DNA of 64,000 bases from an uncultured Pseudomonadota bacterium (GCA_963805535.1 CAWDUV010000005.1:67414-131413), one strand, 5' to 3'; positions 27,441 to 36,365 are shown, counted from the first letter of the stretch. Made by a program: numbers and translations. The notes: generated by a model not told the origin, from the letters alone.

Positions 27441-30296
27441 TGTCCTTCCTGCCGCTCGGCTTCGCCCAGCCGCTGGTGCTGCTCGGCCTGCTCAGCCTGC
27501 CGGCCCTGTGGTGGCTGCTGCGGCTGGTGCCGCCGCGCCCGCGCCGCATCGACTTCCCGCCCACCCGTCTCTTGTTCGAGATCGCGCCCAAGGAGGAGAC
27601 GCCGGCGCGCACGCCCTGGTGGCTGATCCTGCTGCGACTTTCGCTCGCCGCGCTGGTCATTATCGCCGCCGCCGGACCGCTGTGGAATCCGCCGATCGGC
27701 GCTTCCGACCGCGGCGCGCCCATGCTGGTGATGATCGACGACGGCTGGGCGGCCGCGGCGGCCTGGAACGAACGCCTGCGCACCGCCGACGAGATCATCG
27801 CGCGCGCGGCGGCCGACAATCGCGGCGTCGCGCTTCTGCCGCTGTCGCAATCGGCGCGCGATATCTCCTTGCAGGTGGCGGACGCCGCGCGCGTGCAGAT
27901 GAAGGAGCTCAAGCCCAAGCCCTACAGCATCGACCGCAGCGCCACGCTGCCGCTGATCGCCCGTTTCCTCGACAAGGCCCCCGACGTCGGCATCGTCTGG
28001 CTGTCGGACGGCGTCGACAACGGCAAGGCGTGCGCAATTCGTCGACGGGCTGAAGAAGATCGTCGGCAAGCACCCGCTCACCATATTGGCCGGCGGTTTG
28101 CCGGCGGCGCATGCACTCGCCGATGCCGACAATGCAGCCGGCGCGCTGACCGTCAAGGTGCTGCGCGCCGACGCCGGCAAAGCCGAAAACGGGCTGGTGC
28201 GCGCCATCGACCTGAAGGGCCTGCCGCTCGGCGAGGCGCCCTTCGCGTTCAAGGCGGGCGCGCGCGAGACGCAAAGCGCGATCGACCTACCCGTTGAGAT
28301 CCGCAACGACGTGGCGCGGCTGGAGATCGCCGGCGAGCGCTCGGCCGGCGCGGTGCAACTGCTCGACAAGCGCTGGCGCCGCCGCACCATCGGCATCGTC
28401 ACCGGCTCGGACACCGGCCGCGCCATGCCGCTGCTCGGCGCCGAGTATTATCTCAAGCGCGCGCTCGGGCCCTTCGCCGACGTGCGCGTGGCCGAGCCGA
28501 TGGCGCCGGCCAAGGCGGTCGCGCGCTTCCTCGACCAGCATCTGCCCATGCTGATCCTGGCCGACGTCGGCAATGTCGCCGAGGCACGCCAGCCGCTGAT
28601 CAAATGGATCGAGAACGGCGGGGTGCTGGTGCGCTTCGCCGGGCCGCACTTGGCGCAAAACGACGACGAGCTGGTACCGGTGCGCCTGCGCCGCGGCGGC
28701 CGCATCCTCGGCGGCAGCCTGAGCTGGGACAAGCCGCAGAAGCTCGCCGCCTTCTCGCATGACAGTCCGTTCAACGGCATGAAGGTGCCGAACGACGTGA
28801 CCGTCACCCGCCAGGTGCTGGCGGAGCCGGACGCGCTGCTCACCGGCCGCACCTGGGCAACGCTCGGCGACGGCACGCCGCTGGTCACCGCCCAGCGCCG
28901 CGGCAAGGGCCTGTTGGTGCTGTTCCACGTCACCGCCGACACGCGCTGGTCCGACCTGCCGCTATCCGGCGCCTTCGTCGACATGCTGCGCCGGATCGTG
29001 ACGCTCGCCGACACTACCGGCAGCACCGAAAGCGCCAGCACCGCCGCCGGCGCCGTAGCCAAAGACACAAGCCAAGTGGTGCCGCCCACCCGCGTGCTCG
29101 ACGGCTTCGGCGCCTTCACCGTGCCGCCGCCGACCGCGCGCCCGGTGCCGGCCAATTTCAACGCGCGCGCCGACGCCGACCATCCGCCCGGCTTCTACGG
29201 GCCGCCGGAAGGACTGGTCGCGGTCAACACGCTCAAGCCCGGCGACCGGCCGGCGCCGCTCGATTATTCCGCGCTCGGCGCCCGCGTCGACGTCTACCGG
29301 CACGGCGAGCCGCTCGACCTGCGCGGGCCGGTGTTCCTGGCGGCGCTGGCGCTGTTGCTGCTCGACGCGCTGGTGGTGATCTATCTATCCGGCGGCCTCA
29401 TCAACCTGCTGCCGCGCCGGCGCGTGGCGACCATGCTGGTGGCCTCGGCCGGACTGCTGGCCGCGCTCGGCATGCTCGATCCGACGCATGCGCAGACCGC
29501 GGCCCCGCAGCCGCCCGCGCAGATGACCCCCGAGGCGCAAGCCTTCGCCATCCGGGCGACCGAGCGCACGCATCTCGCCTACATCATCACCGGCGACAAG
29601 GACGTCGACGAGGTGAGCGAGGCGGGCCTGCAAGGCCTGAGCATGTTCCTCGCGCAGCGCACCGCGCTCGAGCCGGGCAAGCCGATGGGGCTCGATCCCG
29701 CGCGCGACGAGCTCACCTTCTTTCCGCTGATCTATTGGCCGATATCGCCGAAGGCGCCGAAGCCCTCGCAGGCCGCGCTCGAGCGCATCGACACCTACAT
29801 GAAGCGCGGCGGCACCGTGCTGTTCGACACCCGCGACGCCATCGACGCGCCGCCCGGCCCCGGCGGCGAGAACGCCACGCCCGGCATGGTAGCGCTGCGC
29901 GCGATCCTGTCCTCGCTCGACATCCCCGAACTGGAGCCGGTGCCGCGCGACCATGTGCTGACCAAGACCTTCTTCCTGCTGCGCGACTTCCCCGGCCGCT
30001 TTACTTCCGGGCGCACGTGGGTGGAGGCGCTGCCGCGCGGCGAAGACGACGAGCAGCGGCGGCCGGCGCGCGCCGGCGACGGCGTGTCCTCGATCCTGAT
30101 CACCTCGAACGATCTGGCCGGCGCCTGGGCCATCCGCCCCGACGGCCAGCCGATGCTGCCGATGGTGCCGGGCGAGCCGCGCCAGCGCGAATTCGCCTTC
30201 CGCTCCGGCGTCAACATCGTGATGTACGCGCTGACCGGCAACTACAAGGCCGACCAGGTGCATATCCCGGCGCTGCTCGAGCGGCTGGGGCAGTAG
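27437..30296 (+). CDS. Large membrane protein with a BatA-type N-terminal TM domain and a DUF4159-like C-terminal domain; interrupted by a 1-nt insertion-type frameshift near 28034-28040
   Basis: The N-terminal part MMSFLPLGFAQPLVLLGLLSLPALWWLLRLVPPRPRRIDFPP... runs to ...VWLSDGVDNGKA in frame 27437. The continuation FVDGLKKIVGKHPLTILAGGLPAAH... to GNYKADQVHIPALLERLGQ* is in frame 28086..30296. Its start overlaps the DUF58 stop (ATGA). Confidence 0.7.
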
Positions 30297-30306
30297 GAGC
30301 TGACAC

Positions 30307-32375
30307 GTGAACCTCGGCGTCTCATTTGCCCCGCTGGTGCCGGCCTATGTCGTGTGGTCGGCCTTCGGCGCGGCCGTGTTCATGTCGATCCTGCTGCTGA
30401 TCGCGCGCAGCCGCGGCGCCTGGATGCGGGCGATTGCGCTGGCGCTGTTCGTGCTGGCGCTCGCCAACCCCTCGCTGACGCGCGAGGACCGCGACCCGAT
30501 CCCCTCCGTCGCCGCCGTCATCGTCGACAAGAGCCCGAGCCAGCAGTTCGGCGACCGCACCAAACAGACCGAAGAGGCGCAGAAAATCTTGCTGGCACGG
30601 CTGCACCGCATTCCCGGACTGGAAGTGCGCGTGGCCGACGCAGGCGCCGCCGACGGCGGCAACGAGGGCACGCGGCTATTCTCGGCGCTCTCCTCCACGC
30701 TCGCCGACGTGCCGCCCGACCGCGTCGCCGGCGCCATCATGATCACCGACGGACGCGTGCACGACGTGCCGGCGGAGGCCTCCGCGCTCGGCTTTGCCGC
30801 CCCGCTGCACGCACTGATCACCGGCCACGCCAACGAGATCGACCGCCGCGTGGTGCTGACCGAGACCCCGCGCTTCGGCATCGTCGGCCAGTCGCAAACG
30901 ATCGGCTTCCGCATCGAGGACCAGGGCGCCCATGTCGGCGCCGCCGAGGTGATCGTGCGGCGCGACGGCGACGTGCTGGAAAAGCGCGTGGTCGCCGTGC
31001 ACACCGACATCAAGGTCAAGGTGCCGATCCCGCACGAGGGCCAGAACATCGTCGAGATCGACGCCTCGCCGCTCGAAAACGAGCTGACGCAGGTCAACAA
31101 CCGCGCGGTGCTGGCGATCGACGGCGTGCGCGACAAGCTGCGCGTGCTGCTGGTGTCGGGCGAGCCGCATGCCGGCGAGCGCACCTGGCGCAATTTGCTC
31201 AAATCCGACGCCTCCGTCGATCTGGTGCATTTCACCATTTTGCGCCCGCCGGAGAAGCAGGACGGCACGCCGATCAACGAATTGTCGCTGATCGCCTTCC
31301 CGACGCGCGAGCTGTTCCAGCAGAAGATCTCGCAGTTCCAGCTCATCATCTTCGACCGCTACGCCCGCCAGGGCGTGCTGCCGATGATCTATTTCGACAA
31401 CATCGCCAAATACGTGCGCGAGGGCGGCGCGGTGCTGATCGCCGCCGGACCGGACTACGCCCACCCCAACAGCATCTGGCGCACGCCGCTCGACGTGATC
31501 CTTCCGGCCGAGCCGACCGGTCAGGTGACCGAGCGCGCCTATCGCGCGCGGCTGACCGCCGCCGGCAAGCGCCACCCGGTGACGCGCGGCCTGCAGGGCT
31601 CCGACAGCGATCCGCCGCATTGGAGCCACTGGTTCCGCCTGGTCGACGTCAAGCGCGACGCCGGCAACACGGTGATGGACGGCCCCGACGGCAAGCCGCT
31701 GCTGGTGCTGGCGCACGAGGGCAAGGGCCGCGTCGCCATGCTGCTGTCCGATCACATCTGGCTGTGGGCGCGCGACTACGAGGGCGGCGGGCCGGATATC
31801 GACCTGTTGCGCCGGCTGTCGCACTGGCTGATGAAGCAACCCGACCTGGAAGAGGAAGCGCTGCGGCTGATCGTGCACGGCCGCGACATCACCGTGCAGC
31901 GCCAGACCATGGCCGACGCGGTCAACGAGGTGACGCTCACGTCGCCGACCGGCGCGCGCTCGACCGTCGTCCTCAAGGCGGTGCAGCCCGGCCTCTGGCG
32001 CGCCGAGGTCAACGCCAAGGAGCTCGGCCTGTGGCGCGCGACCGACGGCAAGCTGACTGCGTTGGCCAATGTCGGGCCGGCCAATCCGCGCGAATTCCAG
32101 CAGGTGACCTCGACGACGCGAAGTGCTGCGAAAAGATCGCCGACGCGACCGGCGGCAGCGCGCGCCGCCTCGCCGACGGCGACACGTTGAGCGTGCCGCG
32201 CGTGGTGCCGGTGCGCACGTCTTCGACCTTCAAGGGCGACGACTGGATCGGGCTGAAGATGCGCGACGTCTCGATCGTGCGCGGCATCGGCGTGCTGCCG
32301 ATCTTCGCCGGCCTGATCGGGCTGTTGCTGCTGGTGGGATCGCTGGCGGCGACCTGGGCGAAAGAGGGGCGATAG
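30307..32375 (+). CDS. Membrane-anchored protein, fourth gene of the MoxR cluster (N- and C-terminal TM helices); frameshift near 32100-32130
   Basis: GTG 30307 gives (M)NLGVSFAPLVPAYVVWSAFGAAVFMSILLLIA.... Frame 30307 is protein-like up to ...NVGPANPREFQQVTST. The end ...KIADATGGSARRLADGDTLSVPRV...GIGVLPIFAGLIGLLLLVGSLAATWAKEGR* is in frame 30354..32375. Confidence 0.65.
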
Positions 32376-32382
32376 CCAACCT

Positions 32383-32679
32383 CTATTTGCCTTTGCCGTA
32401 GATCTTCTCCGCAGCGGTGATTACACCGATCGTCGGATTCTTGCCGCAGAATTCGCCGAGCTTCTTGGAGTTCACCGCCATCTTGTCGAAATCGATGATT
32501 GGGTCGGCGTTCTCGTCGCTATAATAGCCCTCCATCCATGTCAGCAGGAGGGTCAAGTTTTCCTTGTTGTACTCGAAGAATTTTTTGCAGGTGATGGTCG
32601 ATAGATCGAGCTTCTCCGCTTGGGCCGGGAGCGGAGCAACCATGGCGGCGGCAACCAACAGCATCGGCAAACGCTTCAT
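32383..32679 (-). CDS. HdeA/HdeB-like periplasmic acid-stress chaperone family protein
   Basis: MKRLPMLLVAAAMVAPLPAQA signal, then EKLDLSTITCKKFFEYNKENLTLLLTWMEGYYSDE...KLGEFCGKNP (two Cys, HdeA-like). The gene is visibly AT-richer than its surroundings. Confidence 0.6.
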   Translation of the reverse strand: MKRLPMLLVAAAMVAPLPAQAEKLDLSTITCKKFFEYNKENLTLLLTWMEGYYSDENADPIIDFDKMAVNSKKLGEFCGKNPTIGVITAAEKIYGKGK

Positions 32680-32763
32680 CGGATTCCCCCGTAAAGGCGC
32701 GGCAATCGCGCAGCGCACAAGCCTTGCACCTCCTCCCACGGCGCCGGCAAGACAATTCAGCGC

Positions 32764-33268
32764 CTAATCCCAGTCCGGGCGGATCATGCCGGCGACGCCA
32801 TCGAAGGCGCCCGTTTTCCAGTTCCGCGACCAGAAGCCGCGCCGGATCGACCGGGCCGGGAAACTTCACCTGGCCCTTGGGGATGCGTCTGAAGCCCGAC
32901 TTGCCGTAATAGGGCTCGTCGCCCACCAGCACCACCAGGCGGTGGCCGGCGGCGCGGGCGTCCTTCAGTGACCGGTCGATCAGCGCGGCGCCGACGCCGC
33001 GCTCGCGGAACGGCGGCTCGACCGTGAGCGGGCCGAGCAGCAGCGCCTTGATCTCACCGATGCAGATCGGCGTCAGCCGCACCGAGCCGACCAGCAGCGT
33101 GCCGACGCGCGCGGTAAAGGACAGCGAAAGGTCGTGGCCGCGCCCTTCGCGGATGCGGTAGGCGCTGCGGGCATAGCGGCCGGGGCCGAAGGTGCGCTCG
33201 TGCAGGCGCTCGATCGCCTCGGCGTCGCCCGCGGTCTCCGGCAGGATGGTGAGGGCCAATTCGCTCAT
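32764..33268 (-). CDS. GNAT-family N-acetyltransferase, with a 1-nt insertion-type frameshift at the ccc run 32810-32812
   Basis: MSELALTILPETAGDAEAIERLHERTFGPGRYARSAYRIREG...VEPPFRERGVGAALI...VLVGDEPYYGKSGF. Removing one G from GGG restores ...ELENGAFDGVAGMIRPDWD* with TAG at 32766-32764. As given, the ORF runs on across the hdeA-like gene. Confidence 0.75.
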
Positions 33269-33369
33269 TAAGCCGAGCCGCTTAGCACTTAGCCCTACCC
33301 CGGTCCATCGCCGGTGGCGTTTCGGCCCCGGGCGGCCTAAATGGAGGCTTTCGGACGGAGGCTTTGGCC

Positions 33370-34345
33370 ATGGGACTGCTGGTCGACGGCGTTTGGCAGC
33401 AAGACGGCGCGCGCACCAAGGACGGCCATTTCATCCGGCCGAGCACACAATTCCGCAACTGGGTGACGGCGGACGGCGCGGCCGGACCCACCGGCGAAGG
33501 CGGCTTCAAGGCGGAAAGCGGGCGCTATCACCTCTACGTCTCGCTCTCCTGCCCCTGGGCGCACCGCACCGTCATCTTGCGCAAGCTCAAAGCCCTGGAG
33601 AACGTCATCTCCATGTCGATCGTCTCGCCCGACATGCTGCAGGACGGCTGGACCTTCAACCGGGACGAGGGCTCGACCGGCGATTCCGTCAACGGCATGA
33701 GCAAGCTGTCCGAGATCTACCTGCTGGCGGCGCCGAAATATTCCGGCCGGGTCAGCGTGCCGGTGCTGTGGGACAAAGACACGCCAAACGATCGTCAGCA
33801 ACGAGTTGGCGGAGATCATCCGCATGCTCAATTCCGCGTTCGATGCCTTCACCAATGTGCACACCGACTATTACCCGCGGGAAATGCGCGCCGAAATCGA
33901 CCGCGTCAACGAGCAGGTCTATGCGAACGTCAACAACGGCGTCTATCGTGCCGGCTTCGCCACGTCGCAAGATGCCTATGAGCAGGCGTTCCGCAACCTG
34001 TTCGACACGCTCGACGAGCTCGAGCAGCGCCTCGCGCAGCAGCGCTATCTGGTCGGCAACAAGATCACCGAGGCCGACTGGCGCTTCTTCGTCACGCTGA
34101 TCCGTTTCGATGCGGTCTATTACGCGCACTTCAAATGCAATTGGCGACACATCTACGAATATCCCAACCTCGGCAACTACGTGCGCGATCTCTATCAGCA
34201 GCCGGGCGTGGCGGAGACGGTGTCGCTTGAGCAGATCAAGCGGCACTATTACGGCAGCCAGCGGCGGGTGAACCCGACCGGCATCGTGCCGGTGGGGCCG
34301 CAATTGGATTTTTCCGCGCCACACGATCGGGCGAGGTTTGGGTAG
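33370..34345 (+). CDS. Glutathionyl-hydroquinone reductase / Xi-class GST (YqjG/ECM4-like), with a 1-nt insertion-type frameshift at the aaa run 33786-33788
   Basis: The N-terminal part ...GGFKAESGRYHLYVSLSCPWAHRTVILRKLKALE...GRVSVPVLWDKDT (CPWA active site) is in frame 33364. The continuation TIVSNELAEIIRMLNSAFDAF...VYRAGFATSQDAYEQA...RYLVGNKITEADWRFFVTLIRFD... is in frame 33806..34345. Confidence 0.8.
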
Positions 34346-35094
34346 CTTCGACGCGGCACCGCTGCTTCTTACCCTCCCCCTCCAGGGGGGGTGAAGCGAG
34401 TGTGCGGCGCGCGCGCCTTCTTTCCGATTAAGTTTTCAGACAGCCCGCATCGCGTTTAGCCAACGCTCCGCCGCCCGTATTGATTTGGTCGGCCCCGGGG
34501 TGGCCGCTATTCCCATTCCACCGCCCGCTCTCGAAAAGAACCGAGGGCGCGCGGGACGCCGCTGGGCCCAAACGGACCCGCAGGCCTCGACACCTCGCGA
34601 CGCCGAGGCGCATCAAACAGCCCCGCTTCACGCTTTCGCGCTCCGCAAGGGCTCCGCAAGTCCGCCAGTCCCAAGGCGTCCCGCGCGCGGTGTTTGTAGG
34701 TTTGCTCCGCATGGCCCCCGGTGGACGTACCTTTCAGGCAACCTTCCTTACGGAAGCCTGCCTATCCACCGCTTTGGCCGACATGGCCAGTGACGCGCGG
34801 CTGGCGCGCCGGGACACATGCGGCTTGGACCGCCGGGCCATGTCAGCGCATCTCCGCTGCCACGTCATTCCCCGGCCACCGCTCCCCGCCCCGTGTCTGA
34901 AGATGCTGTACAGACACCCCTCGGTAACGAGGCGGGATGCCACGCATTATGAGGCCGGTTTTGCGAGCGGGGATAGATTTTTTCGGGCTTTGAATTTGCT
35001 GGTTTTTTCGGGAATGGTGCGATGTTGCGCTTCGCCTCACGCTTACGAGGGAGAGAGCCGCCCTCCCGAAACATGAGGCGAGGCGAATGCGGCG

Positions 35095-35373
35095 TCAGCC
35101 GAGAATATCCTTCTTCTTCTGCAGATATTCGTCGCGGTTGATCTCGCCGCGCGCGTAGCGCTCCTCCAGCACATCGAGGCCGCCGGAGCGGCGCGGCGGC
35201 GCCAGGTGGTGCATGCCGCCGCCGCCGGTCAGCGAGCGCACCAGCCAGACCACCAGCGCCACGATGGCGATGAGGATGACAAACCAGACGATCATGCCGA
35301 TTGGTCCATATCCGTAACCGCCATAACCGCCCATCATGCCCCAGCCGGGGCCGTAGCCGTATCCCATGGTCAT
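35095..35373 (-). CDS. Small membrane protein: Gly/Tyr/Met-rich N-terminus, one TM helix, SHOCT-like C-terminal domain
   Basis: MTMGYGYGPGWGMMGGYGGYGYGP-IGMIVWFVILIAIVALVVWLV-...GGLDVLEERYARGEINRDEYLQKKKDILG. Its ATG overlaps the stop of the upstream gene (ATGA). Confidence 0.7.
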   Translation of the reverse strand: MTMGYGYGPGWGMMGGYGGYGYGPIGMIVWFVILIAIVALVVWLVRSLTGGGGMHHLAPPRRSGGLDVLEERYARGEINRDEYLQKKKDILG

Positions 35374-35879
35374 TGCTCCGGTTGCACAAAGCCGTTATGG
35401 CGATTGAAATCGAGCCGCTGCACCAGCACGTCCTTTTCCTTGGTGACGACCTCCGCCACGATGGTGTCGGCGTCCTTTTCCTTGACGTCACCGACCTTCA
35501 GATTCGGATTGCGGATCATGTGCGCGAGATATTGCTTGACCTGGTCGGCGGTCAGCTTGAGGTCGCCTTGATTGCCGTAGCCGCCGCCATAGCCGTACAT
35601 CATGCCGGGACCCATACCGTAACCGCGCATCATGCCCGGGCCCATGCCGTAGCCGTGCATCATCCAGCCGGGACCGTAACCGCCGCCCATCATGCCGCGG
35701 CCGTAACTGCCCATCATGCCGCCACCGTAGCCGGGCCCCATCATGCCCGGGCCCATCATGCCGTAGCCGGGGCCCATCATCCCGGGGCCGTAGCCGTAAG
35801 GCTGCGCCTGCACGGGGAGAGCGAACGCGGCCGCCGCCACTGCAGCCGCCGCCAGCAAGCCGTAACGAGATTTGCGCAT
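35370..35879 (-). CDS. Secreted Gly-Met-Tyr-Pro repeat protein with a globular C-terminal domain of unknown function
   Basis: Start MRKSRYGLLAAAAVAAAAFALPVQA (signal peptide). About 75 aa of (P)GMMG(P)GYG-type repeats follow (8 Met-Met dipeptides), then ...LKLTADQVKQYLAHMIRNPNLKVGDVKEKDADTIVAEVVTKEKDVLVQRLDFNRHNGFVQPEQ. Confidence 0.7.
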   Translation of the reverse strand: MRKSRYGLLAAAAVAAAAFALPVQAQPYGYGPGMMGPGYGMMGPGMMGPGYGGGMMGSYGRGMMGGGYGPGWMMHGYGMGPGMMRGYGMGPGMMYGYGGGYGNQGDLKLTADQVKQYLAHMIRNPNLKVGDVKEKDADTIVAEVVTKEKDVLVQRLDFNRHNGFVQPEQ

Positions 35880-35941
35880 ATGAATGCTCCTTGGTTTCGC
35901 CCCCAAGGTAACGGTCGAATCTCAAACCCCGATGACGCCAG

Positions 35942-36292
35942 CTAGTTCGGGCACTTGCCGTAGTAGCCGCTATTCTGGTCGTCGCCGGTCTGGTGCCAGC
36001 AAAGCTGCTTGCCGCGGTAGACGTGGTTGCCCTGGCCGCGCCGGCCGTCATACGGCTCACCGTTGGCGCCGTAGCCGTACATCATGCCCGGACCCATGCC
36101 GTAGCCGCCGCCATAGCCGTTCGTCATGCCGGGACCGTGGCCGGAGCCGCCGCCCATGCCGTAACCGCCGCCGTAACCGCCCATCATGCCGTAACCGCCG
36201 CCGCCATAGCCGCCCATCATCTGCGCCTGGGCAGGCAGGCCGACCGTGGCGAGCCCGAGCGCGATTACCGCCGGAACAAGGACTTTGCGCAT
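35942..36292 (-). CDS. Secreted Gly-Tyr-Met repeat protein with a two-Cys C-terminal tail
   Basis: MRKVLVPAVIALGLATVGLPAQA signal, then QMMGGYGGGGYGMMGGYGGGYGMGGG...GMGPGMMYGYG, ending ...HVYRGKQLCWHQTGDDQNSGYYGKCPN. Confidence 0.65.
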   Translation of the reverse strand: MRKVLVPAVIALGLATVGLPAQAQMMGGYGGGGYGMMGGYGGGYGMGGGSGHGPGMTNGYGGGYGMGPGMMYGYGANGEPYDGRRGQGNHVYRGKQLCWHQTGDDQNSGYYGKCPN

Positions 36293-36365
36293 GGCTAGAA
36301 CTCCTTGCTCAGGGCCATATCGCCCACGCAAGATTGCTAGCCGAACGCGGGCGCGGGCGTATTGA

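Noticed and set aside
32519-33268. A 249-aa GNAT ORF overlapping the hdeA-like gene by about 160 nt, considered as a genuine overlapping-gene pair.
   Set aside because: The overlapping tail (…RLRWRRRHDPPGLGLGAELSCRRRGRR…) is junk. A one-base correction yields a normal GNAT C-terminus and a stop at 32764-32766.
34346-35094. tmRNA (two-piece alphaproteobacterial ssrA), RNase P RNA, SRP RNA or a cobalamin riboswitch in the gene-free gap.
   Set aside because: I searched by eye on both strands for hallmark motifs and found none. The motifs were a T-arm GGTTCGAATCC plus CCA end, a tag reading frame ending in ..LAA/VAA, GGAAAGTCCGG and ACAGAACCCGGCTTA of RNase P, the GGAAGCAGCC SRP core, and the B12 box. 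It is left as an unclassified structured region.
35370-36292. A possible CRISPR array or non-coding tandem repeat, suggested by the periodic 'catcatgcc..ggg' DNA pattern.
   Set aside because: The repeats are imperfect, of variable length (15-27 nt) and without unique spacers. They lie inside ORFs that have signal peptides, RBS and sensible C-terminal domains, so they encode Gly-Met-Tyr peptide repeats.
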